Positions 22,285-35,844 are shown, counted from the stretch's first letter. The stretch: DNA of 64,000 nucleotides from Mustelus asterias (GCF_964213995.1 NW_027590120.1:1178001-1242000), one strand, 5' to 3'. Made by a program: numbers and translations. Notes: generated by a model from the sequence alone, not told the origin.

Positions 22285-25200
22285 TCAGGGTCTAATGAGT
22301 TGAAGAATTGCAGTAAGGGGAGCTTTCAGCAGATTTTTCAGCTGCTGTCTGAACTGAGTCTGTGTCACAGCATAAATGGCAGTGTTTGTACAGCAACTTG
22401 TGAGTTGGAGCATGAAACCCAATTCCATAACAAAATAATGTAACCATACTGGGCTATAGCTCACATTTAACATCCGACTCCATATAGAATAAACCATGAA
22501 TGTCGACCATAAGACGATGAAATTGGCTGAGATAACAAACAGTAAAATGATGGATTTCCTTCGACTCTCCATCTCTGGGTCTCTGGGATTCTCTCCACTG
22601 CTGTGAGCCCGGAGTCTCCTGCGGGCTCTGCTGCTCATTAAAATGTGTCTGACGGTGAAAGCATTGAGCAGCAGAATCAGGACGAATGGGACACATGGGG
22701 TTAGAATGTAGTGGAGGAACTCGATTGTTCCCCAGACCGGAGAGTACATAACATGCCATGTGACCAAACAAAACCAGGGGTCGTTCTCCAGCCGATATCT
22801 ATTTAATAACACAAAATACCAGAAAATGTTCTTTAAGCAGCTCAGCACCGTCACTGTTCCCAGAACCACAGCCGCCGATTTCTCGCTGCAATATTTACTT
22901 TTCAGCTTGGGGCAGCAAATGGCCACAAATCGATCAAAGGTGAAAGTGACGGTGAACCAGACAGAACAGTCAGTGGCTGCATAAAGCAGGACGGCGTGGA
23001 TGTTACACACGGGGACTGAGCTCAGGAAAGTAAACAGTTCCTGATAAACAATAGGAATTTGTCTCAATATCAGGTCGAGGATAACGACCAGCAGATCCCC
23101 CACTGACATGGCCACCAGGTAACGGGTGACACAGTTGGACAGACCACAGTTTCTGCTCGTCAGTGTCACAATTGTGATTATGTTCACTGTCAGGAAGGGA
23201 AATAAAGAATAAAATTAGACAGGATTCAGGGAAAGAAGTTACCATTTGGACTGAGGATGGGTTGAAATAAAAAAGAATGGACACACATAAAATCACTGAA
23301 ATCTGTTTTTAAAAATCCAGCACGTCTTTTGCAGTGTGAGAGGAAAGTGGAGAACCGGAGGAAACCCACGCAGACACGGGGAGAAGGCCCAAACTCCACA
23401 CAGACAGTGACCCAAGCCTGGAATTGAACCCATGTCCCTGACGCTGTGAGTGAGCAGTGCTAACCACTGTGTCACCGTGCTGCAGTATGGTCGCGACACA
23501 GTGGTATACATTTGGGAAGAGATTTCCGCTGAGTACACAACATTGACCCTCACTCAGCTGCAGGTAAATAGCCCCTCTACCTTGTGGGGGATTTGGAGGG
23601 TAAGAAGGATGAGTGAGTAAACACTGACAGAAAATCCAGACTGGAGTCCTGGAGCTGGTAATCTGTTGTCACTCAGACAACTCACTGACAACCCCTGCAG
23701 CAGAGCTGGTAACAAACAGTGCTGGTTTCACCCTTTCCTCTGGACAATAGTAACAGTTGGAAGAGGGAGATCCCGATGCCTCAACAGTTCCGACTCTATT
23801 ATACTTCCACAGGACTGGAGAGGAGACCACAGCATTGTGACCACCGTTAGCACAACACAGGAAGAAACAGTAATCTCACACTCGATTGGCACAAAGCACA
23901 AGTACCAGGGTTTCCTTTCAACAGTGGGAGAAAGGTTCAGGGTTCAGTGAATAGCTACCGTCCTTAGTGCCCAGTGCGTTTGCTGCTCTCCCCCTATGGC
24001 CTGCTGGACCACTGAAGCTTAGTGAGTCCTCTCTCAGTAGAAAATTTGCTAATCTATGCACCAGGTAAGAAGAACTCAAACCAAGGCCGGTACCAAAGAA
24101 AGGCCAAGCAGGCTGCCTTAATAACTATTGTCCGGTGACTCTGACATTCAATATTATGAAATGCATCAAAAGGTTAGTCATGGCATGAATCAATTCCTGC
24201 CTCCCAGATTGCCTGGATACACTACAGTTCACCTACTTCCGCAACAGGTCCACAGACGCCATCTCCCTGGCCCGACAGTCAACCCTGGAACACAGACTCG
24301 TGTTTATCGACTACAGCTCAGCGTTTAACACCATTATTCTTACGAAACTCATGTCCAAAGTCTGTATCCTGGGGTTCGGCTCCTGCCTCTGCAATTGGAT
24401 CCTGAACTTCCTGACGCGCAGACAGCAATAAATAAGGACAGTCAACAAAACCTCCTCCACAATCATCCTCAACAACAGTGCCCCACAAGGGTGTGTCCTC
24501 AGACCCTTACTATACTCCTTATACGCCAATGACTGAGTGGCCTAATTCCCGTCCAACTCTATTTCCCAGTTTCCTGATGACACCACGGAGTGGGTCGGAT
24601 CTCAAACAACGATGACACCAAGAACAGGGAAGAGACAGAGAATCTGGTGAAGTGGTGGGACCACAATTATCTCTTCCTCAATGTCAACAATGCAAAGGAG
24701 ATCGTCATCGACTTCAGGAAGCAGAGTGGAGTACATGCCCTGTCTAAACAATGGGATGAAGTTGAAATGGTTGAGAGCATCAAGTTTGTATGGGTCCAGA
24801 TCACCAGCAACCTGTCCTGGCCCCTCCACGACGATCCCATAATTAAGAAAGCCGATCAACGCCCCTACCTTCTCAGAGGTCTAAGGACAATTGGCATGTC
24901 AGCTACGATTCTCTCCAACTTTTAGAGATGCACCATAGAGAACTGTCTTTCTGGTTGTGTCACAGTTTGGTATGGCTCCTGCTCTGTCCAAAACTACACA
25001 AAACTTCAAAGCTTTATGAATGGAACTCAGTCCATCACTCAAACCACCAATTGACACTGTCTCCACTTCCCGCTGCCTGGGAAAAGCAGCCAGGCTAATT
25101 AAGGACCCCGCTCACCATGGAGATAAACTCTTCCAACTTGTTCCGTCGGAAACTAAGATGAAAAAGTCTGAGGACATGTACCAGCTGACTCATAGAATCA

Positions 25201-28200
25201 TAGAAACATTACAGTGCAGAGGAAGGCCATTCGGCCCATTGAGTCTGCACCGACAACTATCCCACCTATGTCCTATCCCCTAAGTCCCATATGTACCCTG
25301 GTAATGTCTCTAACATACATATCCCGGGACCCTAATGGGCAATTTTGCATGGCCCATCAACCTAAGCTGCATATCTTTGGACTGTGGGTGGAAACCAGAG
25401 CATCCGGAGGAAACCCACGCAGACCTATGAAGAATGTACAAATTCCACACAGTGCTCCAAGCTGCGAATCGAACTCAGGTCCCTGTGAGACAGCAGTGCT
25501 AACCATTGTGCCATCATGCTGCCGACTCAAGAACAGCTTCTTCTCTGCTGCCATCAGACATTTGAATGGACCACCATCGCATCATGATGATCTTTTTCTA
25601 CACCTTAGCTATGATTGCAACATTACATTCTGCACTCTCTCCTTCTCTATGTATGGTATGCTTTACCTGCATATCACTGAAGGAACAATACTTTTCACTG
25701 TATACTAATACATGTTACAGTAATCAATCAAATCAATTCAAATCAAATCAAATCAGTCTTTCACATCTCAAGCTGGAACAATGCACAATGAACAGCAGAG
25801 TGTGAGGAAGTGCAGAGGGCCAGAATGAATGTGGGGCGCATATATAAGGATCCCTGAAGGCAGTAAGACAGGTAGATCAGGTGGTTAAAACAACATATAG
25901 GATACTTGTCTTTAGCAGCTGCAGCATAGAATATAAGAGGTGGGAGATTTTGATGGAAGTGTATAAAATGCTGGTTTGAGCAGAGCAAGAGAACTGTGTG
26001 CAGCGCTGGTCATCACACGACAGGAAGGATGTAATTTTACCTTAGAGCAGAGACGGCTGGAGGGAGAGTGGGTGTAGTGGGTGGTGGTGGGGAACACTTT
26101 CAGGTCGGGAGACGTGAGTGATCTGTACAAAACTATGTGGCACCAAGATAGGAAGAAAACTTCTCCTTTAGTAGAGGTGTCAATAACAAGTGGGGCGTGG
26201 ATTTAAGGCAAAGGGCAGATTTTTGTGAGTATTTGAGGGAAAATGTTCCCATCCACAGGGTGCTGGGGTCTGCAGTTCATGGTCTGAAAGGATGGTAGAA
26301 GCGGGAACAACCACAAGAGGCATTTAGATCAGCAATTCAAATGCCAGAGCACACATGGCTGTGGATCGAGTGCTGGAAAATGGAATTCGATTGGATAGGT
26401 GTTTGATGACCAGTTCAGACATAATGGGCCGAAGGGCCTCATTTTGTGCGGTTAAAACTCTATGGCTGTTAGACCACCCACAGCAGTGGCCACATCACTT
26501 GCAGCTCTTACAGCGCTGGCTGGGATACCGACCACGTACCAAACCGATGTGGTTGCAAATGCGCAATTGCAGCGAGCAGTGAGCTGCCTGGTCTGAGAGA
26601 GAAATCTGTCAGCTCTCTGCTGCTGCAGCGAGCTTCAACACAGCAGCTGCTCCCAGATAGTCCGGGGGTCCGCAGCACTTCGTGAGCAACCTCCGACCGG
26701 ATATAGCCCCACCCCCACTACCTGGACCAATCACCCACCTTCCTTCACACCAATTGCATGCAGAGAGGCTGCGTGACCCCACTCCCTACCCCACTGTGCA
26801 GGCAGAGAGGCAGCGAGAGCCCCTCCCTCCCTCACTGTGCACGCAGAGATACAGCGAGACCCCCTCCCTACCACAGTGTGCATGCAGAGAGGCAGCGACA
26901 CACCCTCCCTAACCCACTGAGCATGCAGAGAGGCAGCGAGACCCCCTTCCTACCCCATTGTGCATGCAGAGAGGCAGCGAGACCCCCTCCCTAATCCACT
27001 GTCCAGGCAGAGAGGCAGCGAGACCCCCTTCCTACCCCACTGTGCATGCAGAGAGGCAGCGAGACCCCCCTCCGTTCCCCAGTGTGCATGCAGAGAGGCA
27101 GTGAGACCCCCTCCCTACCCAACTGTGCACGCAGACAGGCAGCGAGACCCCGTCCCTACCTAACTGTGCACGCAGACAGGCAGCGAGACCCCCTCCCTAC
27201 CCGACTGTGCATGCAGAGAGGCAGCGAGACCCCATCCATAACCCACTGTGCGTGCAAAGAGGCAGCGAGACCCCTCTCCCTACCCCACTGTGCATGCAGA
27301 GAGGCAGCGAAACCCCCCTCCCTACCGCACCAATCACTTGCAGAGTGTCAGTGGGACCCTCTGCCCTTCACTACGTTGAGAGTGGCGGCAAGACCAAACT
27401 ACCTCAACAATCTCGAACAAAGTGGCAGCGGGGCCGCACTCCCTACTCCACCAATGACATGCAGCGTGGTATTGGGCCACCCTCCAAACCCGATCGGCCT
27501 GTTCCCCAAGTGCCAAGCTGCCTTCAGGCCCCGCCCCTGCAGGCCCCGCCCCTTCTGCTCCAGCCCCTGCAGGTCCCGCCCCTGCAGGCCCACTCCCTGG
27601 TACTGCCCGGTGAGCATTGCCCAAGGGGCACCTACCTTTGCCCTCGACCTTGCCCAGCGTCCTCAATGGTCTTTGGTTCTACTGGCGAAGTCATCATGAC
27701 TGGTCCACGTACGTGGGGTCCAGCTGTTTTCCTCACGACACACAACCTCTCCCAGTGAGGCAAGCGTGCAAAAGCAAAGGCAAGCGTGCCGCACAATTCC
27801 ATCCCAGGCTCGCTAATTTTATTTAAAATTGTTTTAAAATAAATTTAAATAATCTATTCAGCCTCTCGTCAGAAATGGGCAGGAGGCTGAATCCGCTGCA
27901 TATCCATTCCTGGTGAGGTTGCAAGAGGTGAGAAATCGGGCGTGGACCTGAGTTCTAGGCTGTTACACAGTTTTACTGCTCACCCTGTCATCAATAGACA
28001 GGAAGTAGCTGTAAACCCGCCCACCTCCCTTGTGTGTGTGTTTGTGTGTTTGTGTGTAAATCTGATTGCCTTTATCAGCAAATGTGTGCATTTGTGTATG
28101 TGCGTCTAGGTGTGTCTGTGTTTGTGTTTCTGTGAATGTAGGAGGGTTTGTGGTGGTACAGCATTGTTGCCTCACAGCACCAGGGGCCCTGGATCAATTC

Positions 28201-29244
28201 CAGGCTTGGCTACTGTCTGTACAGAGTTTGCACGGTCTCCCTGTGTCTGCGTGGTTCTCCTCTGTGTGCTCCGATCTCCTCCCAAAATCTGAAAATTACT
28301 CTGTTTAGGTGCATTGGCCAAGATAAGTTCTCCCTCAGCGTACCCGAACAGGGGCTGAAATGTTCACAGTAACTTCAGGGGATTTTTAAACTAACTTCAC
28401 TCTAATGTTAATGTTTCCATACTTGTGACACTGATGAGTAATTTCAAACTTTAGAAAACATGTTCTCTCTCTGTGAGATCTTGCTGTGCACATATGACTA
28501 ATAAAATGATTCTGTGATCTGCTGACTGGGTGGGTGATTAGCAGTGAACTGGTGTTACGTGCAGAGGGTAAAAATGATTCTGCCTCAATCTCTTATTCAC
28601 GAACGAATAGTGTTTGAGATCACATGTCTATGGAAAGTCACAACACACAGAAGACATTTCAGCCCATAGGCCCTGAGCCAATTGTCAGTCGCTGAAAGAA
28701 TTAATAACTGGATACAGAGATTCAACAGAAACAACAAGAGCAGCAAACCGTGTACAGTAAATTATAAGAAAATCAATACAGTTAAACAGCCTTTGTAGAA
28801 TTAGGAACTGTACACAGGGGACAGGACCTTACAGCCTCACTCTTCCCCAAGCTGCCAAATCCCACCCGTGTTCAACAGACCTTCCCATGCTCCGCCCCTC
28901 GTCTGCACCGATTCCCGTGGCGGTCGGGCCGGTACAATTCCAGCCAGGGACTTACCCGGAACACCAACAATCGCTAGGAGGGGATAGTAAAAGTGTTGAA
29001 TCGCCTTCAGCAGATATCGAATCCGATCAGCTGATGTTATCCACCAACCATCTGCAGTAAACCAAGAAATCCAATGGAATAAACTTCTGTCCTTAACTGG
29101 AACATTCCAATCCATTGTTCCCAGATTCTGATCTATTGTTGAAACATTCCGGTTCATTGTTCCCAGATTCGGATCCATTGTTGGAAGATTCCAATCCATT
29201 GTTCCCCGGATTCTGATCTCTCCTCTCCCTCCCTCTCTCTCCAT
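22285..29244 (-). CDS. Class A GPCR, GPR139/GPR142-like (GPCR-1); exon 1 29244-28956, exon 2 23186-22285; about 396 aa from the first ATG
   Basis: Exon 1 ends [12 protein letters not shown]|GTAAGT and exon 2 starts cctgacAG|TG AAC, giving GVPVNIITIV (TM1). Motifs AMSVGDLL (TM2), [22 protein letters not shown] (TM6) and CCTNTAIY (TM7) are present. No stops. Confidence 0.88.
23315..23482 (-). mobile_element. HE1/V-SINE-type SINE (partial), in the GPCR-1 intron
   Basis: Head and V-domain on the minus strand. Confidence 0.75.
24180..25755 (+). mobile_element. Degraded Rex1/Babar-like non-LTR retrotransposon (RT part), interrupted by a SINE
   Basis: [34 protein letters not shown]-like and KEIVIDFRK motifs, with a (AATCA)n tail at about 25725-25755. 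Confidence 0.7.
25190..25522 (-). mobile_element. HE1/V-SINE-type SINE with CR1-like tail nested in the Rex1-like element
   Basis: Head, V-domain and ...GGCCTTCCTCTGCACTGTAATGTTTCTATGATTCTATG tail on the minus strand. Confidence 0.75.
26755..27330. repeat. 41-bp minisatellite (TGCATGCAGAGAGGCAGCGAGACCCCCTCCCTACCCCACTG), about 14 copies
   Basis: 41-nt period measured between successive CATGCAGAG. Confidence 0.9.
28149..28450 (+). mobile_element. Degraded HE1/V-SINE-type SINE
   Basis: Head, V-domain and tail recognisable. Confidence 0.65.
29098..29202 (-). repeat. Coding 21-bp tandem repeat x5 in GPCR-1 exon 1 ([35 protein letters not shown])
   Basis: Direct inspection of DNA and translation. 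Confidence 0.85.
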
Positions 29245-29529
29245 AGCCGCTGATCTCTGTTAGTGTCGGAGTTTCGGTCCCGCTGACTCAATGGGACAAC
29301 ACATTGAACGGAATCCCTTATTAATAGAAGAGGGAAATCCCTCCAGACACATTAATCGGATCCATGGAGACTCACATCAATTCCAGTCACTAAACAAACA
29401 GCTTCACTTAACCCCCTTCAATCCGACACGTTTTATACCCAAAGTAGAACAGTTACAGCCTCGATGGGGTTTTGAGGGTCAGGGAGGTATGGAAAGTTGG
29501 AAATAATGGAGGATCAATATTAATTCGAT

Positions 29530-30330
29530 ACAGCAGAGATCACTCTGGTAGCGTTAATTTCGAGACAACGAGAATGCAAAAGAAGGGGTGTACTGCTGAG
29601 GGTTTATAAGACACTGGTCTGACCGCATTCAGAATATTGTCAGCAATTTTGGTCCCCGTATCTAAGGAAGGATGTGCTGGCCTTGGAGAGGGTCCAGAGC
29701 AGGTTCACAAGAATGATCCGGGGAATGAAAGACTTGACGCAAGAGGAGCGTCTGAGGACTGTGGGTCCATACTCGATGCAGTTTGGAAGTATGCGAAAGG
29801 GGATCACATTGAAACTTACAGAATAATGAAAGGCCTGGATCGAGTGCACTTGGGGAAGATGTTTCCATTATTAGGGGAGACTTGGACCCGAGGGCACAGA
29901 CTCAGAGGAAAGGGATGGCCCTTTAGAAATGTGATGTGGAGATGTCGGCGTTGGACTGGGGTGTGCGCAGTAGGAAGTCTCACAGCACCAGTTGCCCACT
30001 CACCTGATGAAGAAGCAGTGTTCCGAAAGCTGGTGATTCCAAATAAACCGGTGAGACTTCTTACTTTAGAACTGAGACGAGGAGGAATTTTTTCAGCTCG
30101 AGGGTGGTGAATCTGTGGAATTCATTGCCAGACAGGGCTGTGGAGGCCAGGTCATTGAATGTACTTAAGAAAGAGATAGATAGGTTCTTGACTGGTACAG
30201 CGATCAAAGGTTACAGGGAAAAAGCAGGAGAATGGGTTTGAGAAACTTATCAGCCAGAATTGAATGGTGCAGCCGGCTCGATGGGCCTAATGGCCAAATT
30301 CTGCTCCGATATCTTATTGTCTTATGGGTA
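29530..30330 (+). mobile_element. Degraded CR1 3' part interrupted by a Penelope-like insertion
   Basis: YLRKDVLALERVQ..GDHIETY..TRGHRLR remnants and a CR1 3' UTR. Confidence 0.8.
29929..30063. mobile_element. Short Penelope-like insertion with inverted 5' part, degenerate hammerhead and 8-bp TSD (CTTTAGAA)
   Basis: CTTTAGAA at 29921-29928 and 30064-30071. CAC-CTGATGA-..-GAAA-GC-TG-GTG at 30001-30035. Confidence 0.65.
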
Positions 30331-30489
30331 TCATGGTTGTGGGTTTTGGATGAAGGTAACGTCAATCAGGGTTGCTATAGTCTGCTTAATCCAGGCTGTA
30401 GCAGATCGTATGTATAGCTCATGGACAGAACAATCTTAGTATGGGACTTCACACGGATCGATCTCTCAGCATTACGTATAGTACAGTCT

Positions 30490-31010
30490 TAGCTCGGGTC
30501 ACCAGAAAGAACTATCTCTCAGTGTTACGTACAGTGCAATCTGAGGTTTCAGATAGACCTATCTCTGTGTTATGTACAGTACAATCTGAGCAAGAGGTTT
30601 CAGATAGAACTATCTCTCAGTGTTACATACAGTACAATCTGAGGCTTCAGATAGAACTATCTCTGTCCTATGTACAGTGCAATCTGAGGCTTAAAATAAA
30701 ACTATCTCTCAGTGTTATGTCCAGTATAATCTTTGGCTTAGGATAGAACTATTTCTCAGTGTTATGTACAGTTCAATCTGAGGCATCAGATAGAATGATC
30801 TCTCAGTGTTATGTACAGTACAATCTGAGGCTACAGATAGAACTATCTCTCAGTGTAACGTCCAGTACAATTTGAGGCTTCAGATAGAACTATCTCTCAG
30901 TGTTACGTACAGTACAATCTGAGGCTTCAGTTAGAACTATCTCTCAGTGTTACGTACAGTACAAACTAAGGCTTCAGATAGAACGATCTCTCAGTGTTAT
31001 GTACAGAAGA
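30490..31010. repeat. 47-bp minisatellite (TCTCTCAGTGTTATGTACAGTACAATCTGAGGCTTCAGATAGAACTA), about 11 copies
   Basis: 47-nt period measured. Confidence 0.9.
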
Positions 31011-31084
31011 ACCTGATCAAGAAGCTTCACATCAATCTTTCTCAGCATTTTCTATTGTGAGGTTGTAATGAGGCAAGGGTGACT

Positions 31085-31865
31085 TGAAGAGAGTGTGGGA
31101 GAAGGACACCGGGACACCTGAACAGAGTCAGCAGAACCTTGAGGAGAGTGTGAGAGGAGGACTCTGGGACACCAGGACAAACAAGCAGTACCGCGAGGAG
31201 AGTGTGAGAGGGGTTACTGTGTCACCGGGACAGACAGTCAGCACCTTGAGGAGAGTGTGAGAGGGGACACTGGGTCACCGGGACAGACAGTCAACACCTT
31301 GAGGAAAGTTTGAGAGGGGACACTGGGTTACCGGGACAGGCAAGCAGCACCTTGAGGTGAGTGTAAGAGGGGTACAGGGAGACACTGGGACAGACAGTCA
31401 GTACTTTGAGGAGAGTGTGAGAGGGGGACTCCAGAACAGACAAGCAGCACCTTGAAGAGAGTGTGAGAGGGGGACACTGAGACACCGGGACAGACAGTCA
31501 GCACCTTGAGGAGGGTGTGAGATGGGCACACTGGACAATGGGACAGACAAGCAGCACCTGGAGGAGAGTGTGAGAGGGGAGCGCAGGGACAGACAGTCAG
31601 CACCGTGAGGAGAGTGTGAGCGGGGGACACTGGACAACAAGACAGACAAGCAGCACCTTGAGGAGAGTGGGAGAGGGGGACACCAGGACAGACAAGCAGC
31701 ACCTCGAGGAGAGTGCGAGAGGGGGGCACTGGGACAGACAAGGAGCACCTTGAGGAGTGTGTGAGAGGGGGACACTGGGACACTGGGACAGACAAGCAGC
31801 ACCTTGAAGAGACTGTGAGAGGGGGACACTGGGACAGACAGTCGACACCTAGAGGAGAGTGTGAG
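31085..31865. repeat. Variable-unit minisatellite (GCACCTTGAGGAGAGTGTGAGAGGGGGACACTGGGACAGACA...)
   Basis: Direct inspection. Confidence 0.85.
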
Positions 31866-32569
31866 ATGAGGACATAGAGGATTCAAGCTATTGGTAGAGT
31901 TGTGCAGCACTGGGACCGAGACCATTTGTTTATGGCCTGTGGTGCTGAGGATTCTCTTCAATATCGACTCCACAGTCAGGCGTCAGGGACACAACTCTTT
32001 GTTCCATCTGTTCACACAATGGTCCAAATATTGACTGCCCACTCTGGGAGAATCCCAACAACTCACCCCACACCTGAGATCACATGGCCCGTTCACTTAA
32101 AGAATGCCCCAACATATATAACTCTCCTCCCGTGTAAATAATAACCCCCTCCTCACCATCCCCCCGCCCCCCACCCCCTGCCCCCCCACTCCCCCTTTAC
32201 AGCAACAGCATTTGAAACCGTTTACGAACAATTGTACATTTTTCCCTATTTACCTCATACAGGCTTGGTGCAGAATCCACAGCATATTTACAATATAACA
32301 CAACCCATAGTTCATCCCTCACCCTTACGTCCATCTCACATAGACCTGATCAGGGGGAAGACAATCTCTGGGGGTTGATGCCTGTGGACTGGAGCCAGTT
32401 TTAAGATCCTCTCTGCTGAGTATGGCCTTGATGAACCCACCAACGTTTGATCGTCTTCCCACCCGTCATCAGTAACCAATGTCGAGTTCCCTGTCCCCTC
32501 CATGAGTGGAGGAGCTGTTGATTCCAGGCCTCCCTGGCCTCCCACATAATAGAACAGAGAGTATAGAAG

Positions 32570-35455
32570 GTGGCAGGAATCTAACCTCAGGCAGAGCAAA
32601 AAAGGTGACAAAAATGGGAAGGGGGTGGTCAATGCAGGACTGCGGGTGTTGTACCTAAATGTGCACAGAATATGGATCAAGGTAAATGAGCTTGTTGCGC
32701 ACATTAAAATTGGCCGGTACGATGTTGTGGGCATCACAGAGACATGGCTGCAAGGGGATCAGGGCTGGGATCTAAATATCCAAGGATAGGTGTCCTATTG
32801 GAAGAACAGGCAGATGGGCAAAGGAGGTGGGGTTGCATTGTTATTAAGGAATGGCGTTAAATCAATAGCAAGAAGCGACATAGGATCAGAAGGCACAGAA
32901 TGTGGGTAGAGTTGAGGAAAAACAATGGTAAAAAATACCCTGATGGGAGTTATGTACAGGCCTCCAAGCAGTAGTCAGGATGAGGGGCAGAAAATAAATC
33001 TGGAGATAGAGAAGGCATATAAAAAGGCAATAGTTACAATAATTAATGGGGACTTCAATATCCAGGTGGTCTGGGAAAATCCGTTAGGTCGTGGATCCCA
33101 AGAAAAGGAATTTGTGGAATGTCTGAGAGATGGTTCTTTGGACCACCTTGTGACAGAGCCTACTGGGGAACTGGGAATTCTGGATTTGGTGATGTGTAAT
33201 GAGGCAGATTTGATTAGGGAACTTAAAGTGAAGTAACGCTGAGAGAGCAGTGACCACAATATGATAGAATTTACCCTGCAGTTTGAGAGGGAGAAGCTAG
33301 AATCAGATGCAAGGATATTACAATTAAATAGTGGTAACTACAAAGACATGAGGGAGGAGCTGGTTGGAGTTGATTGGAAAGGGAGCCTAGCAGGGGAGAC
33401 AGTGGAACAGCAATGGCAGGAGTTTTGGGGGCTTATTCCCGAGGCACAACAGAAATTCATCCCAAGGAGGAGGAAACCTGCCAAAGAGAGGATGAAGCGT
33501 CCATGGCTTACGAGGAAAGTCAAGGACAGCATAAAAGCAATATAATCAGTGGAGGCAGGGAGTGTCCCAGAGGACTGGAAAGTTGCTAATGTAACACCGC
33601 TGTTTAAGAAGGGAGGGAGGCTGCAGACGGGAAATTATAGGCCGGTTTGACTGACTTCGTTCATTGGCAACATTTTAGAGTCCATTATTAAATATGAGAT
33701 TACGGAGTACTTGGAAGTGCATGATGAAATAGGACTGAGTCAGCACGGCATTGTCAAGGGGAGCTCATGTCTGACAAATCTGTGAGAGTTCTTTAGGAGG
33801 TAACAAGGAAGTTAGATAAAGGAGAACCAGTGGACCTGATTTATTTGGATTTCCAAAAGGCCTTTGACAAGGTGCCACGTCGGAGGCTGTTAAAAAAATT
33901 AAGAGCCCATGGTGATAAGGGTAAGATCCTGGCATGGATAGAGGGTTGGTCGACTGGCAGAAGGCAGAGAGTGGGGATAAATGGGTATTTTTCAGGATCG
34001 CAGCTGGTGACTAGTGGTGTGCCTTAGGGGTCGGTGCTGGGAACACAACTTTTCACAATACACATTAACGATTTGGAAGAACGAAATGAAGCCACTGTTG
34101 CCAATTTTGCAGATGATGGAAAGATATGTAGAGGGAGAGATAGTATTGAGGAAGCAGGGGGACTGCACAAGGACTTGGACAGGTTAGGAGAGTGGGCAAA
34201 GAAGTGGCAGATGGAATATAACGTGGAAAAGTGTGAGATTATGAACATTGGAAGGAGAAATGGAGGCATAGACTATTTTCTAATTGGGGAAATGCTTAGG
34301 CAATCAGAAGCACAAACGGACTAGGGAGTCCTTGTTCAAGATTCTCTGAAGGTTAACGTGTAGGTTCAGTTCGCAGTCAGGAAGACAAATACAATGTTCG
34401 CATTCATGTCGAGAGGGCTGGAATACAAGAGCAGGGATGGACTTCTGAGGCTACATAAGGCTAGATTTGGAGCATTGTGAGCGGTTTTGGGCCCAGTATC
34501 TGAGGAAGGATGTGCTGGCCTTGGAAAGGGTCCAGAGGAGTTTCACAAGAATGATCCCTGGAATGAAGAGCTTGTCGTATGAGGAACGGTTGAAGACTCT
34601 GGGTCTGTACTCGATGGAGTTTCGATGGATGAGGGTGATCTTATTGAAGCTTACAGGATACTGCGAGGCCTGGATAGAGTGGACGTGGAGAGGATGTTTC
34701 CACTAATAGGAAAAACTAGAACCAGAGGGCATAACCTCAGGCTAAAGGGACGGTCCTGCAAAACGGAGATAAGGAGGAATTTCTTCAGCCAGAGAGTGGT
34801 GAATCTGTAGAATTCGTTGCCACAGAGGGCTTTGGAGGCCAGGTCATTGAGCATCTTTAAGACAGAGATAGATGGGTTCTTGATCAATAAAGGAATCAAG
34901 GGTCATGGGGAGAAGGCAGGAGAATGGGGATGAGAATCATATCAGCCATGATTGAATGATGGAGCAGACTCGGTGGGCCGAATGGCCTAAATCTGTTCCT
35001 CTGTCTCAAGGTTTTATGACGAGAGATTGTATCGGCTTGGGCAGTTTTCCTTGGAGCAGAGAAGACTGAGGGGCGACCTGATCGAGGTGTACAAGATTAT
35101 GAGGGACATGGACAGAGTGGATAAGGAGCAGTTGATTCCCTCAGTTGAAGGGTCAGTTAAGAGAGGACATAGGTTCAAGGTGAGGGTCAGGAGGTTTGGG
35201 GGGATGTGAGGAAAAGCCCTTTACCCAGAGGGTGGTGATGGTCTGGAATGCGCTGCCTGGGAGGGTGGTCGAGGCGGGATGCCTCACATCCTTCAAAAAG
35301 TGCCTGGCTGAGCACTTGGCACATCATAACACTCAGGGCTACGGACCAGGTGCTGGTAAATGGGATTACGTGGGCAGGTCAGGGCATTTCATGCGTCAGT
35401 GCAGACTCGATGGGCCGAAGGGCCTCTTCTGCGCCATGTGATTCTATGATTCTCT
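32570..35455 (+). mobile_element. Degraded CR1 ORF2 (APE plus RT, internally deleted) followed by a second CR1 3' fragment
   Basis: ORF fragments 32925-35441 with YRPP, GDFN, DFQKAFDKV and FADD motifs, and two 3' UTRs. Confidence 0.88.
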
Positions 35456-35569
35456 GAGTGTTGCTGAGGTCATGGAGTAGCGGGGAAGTGATGGGTTCAT
35501 GCTGGTTGGGTTGGTGGGGATCAGGTGGTGGGAGAGGCAGGTGTGAGTGGAATGTTAGAATGGAATCAA

Positions 35570-35838
35570 TGTAACAACCAACAGAACCACATTGGATCTG
35601 ATGTAGTGACCAATGGGAACAAGCCATAAGGGTCAGCTGACCTAGGAAACTATGTAACCAATGAGAAAATGACGTGGCGATCAGCTGACCAGCTGACTCA
35701 GTATAAGTAAGAAGCTGCTGTGGTTTGTGGGAGCTTGGAATGGCCCAGGGTGAGGTCTCGAGTGTTGGAATAATTAAGTTTCATTATTAAACCTTTCTGT
35801 TTGATTTACAAGTTGGAGTAAGTTTTGTTTCATTTTAT
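35570..35838 (+). mobile_element. Possible solo LTR remnant
   Basis: TGTAAC start, CCAAT boxes, GTATAA and ATTAAA in LTR-like order. No TSD seen. Confidence 0.3.
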
Positions 35839-35844
35839 TGCCAG

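Noticed and set aside
30490-31010. 47-bp palindromic repeat as a CRISPR array or structured RNA
   Set aside because: Head-to-tail tandem copies without spacers or evident covariation.
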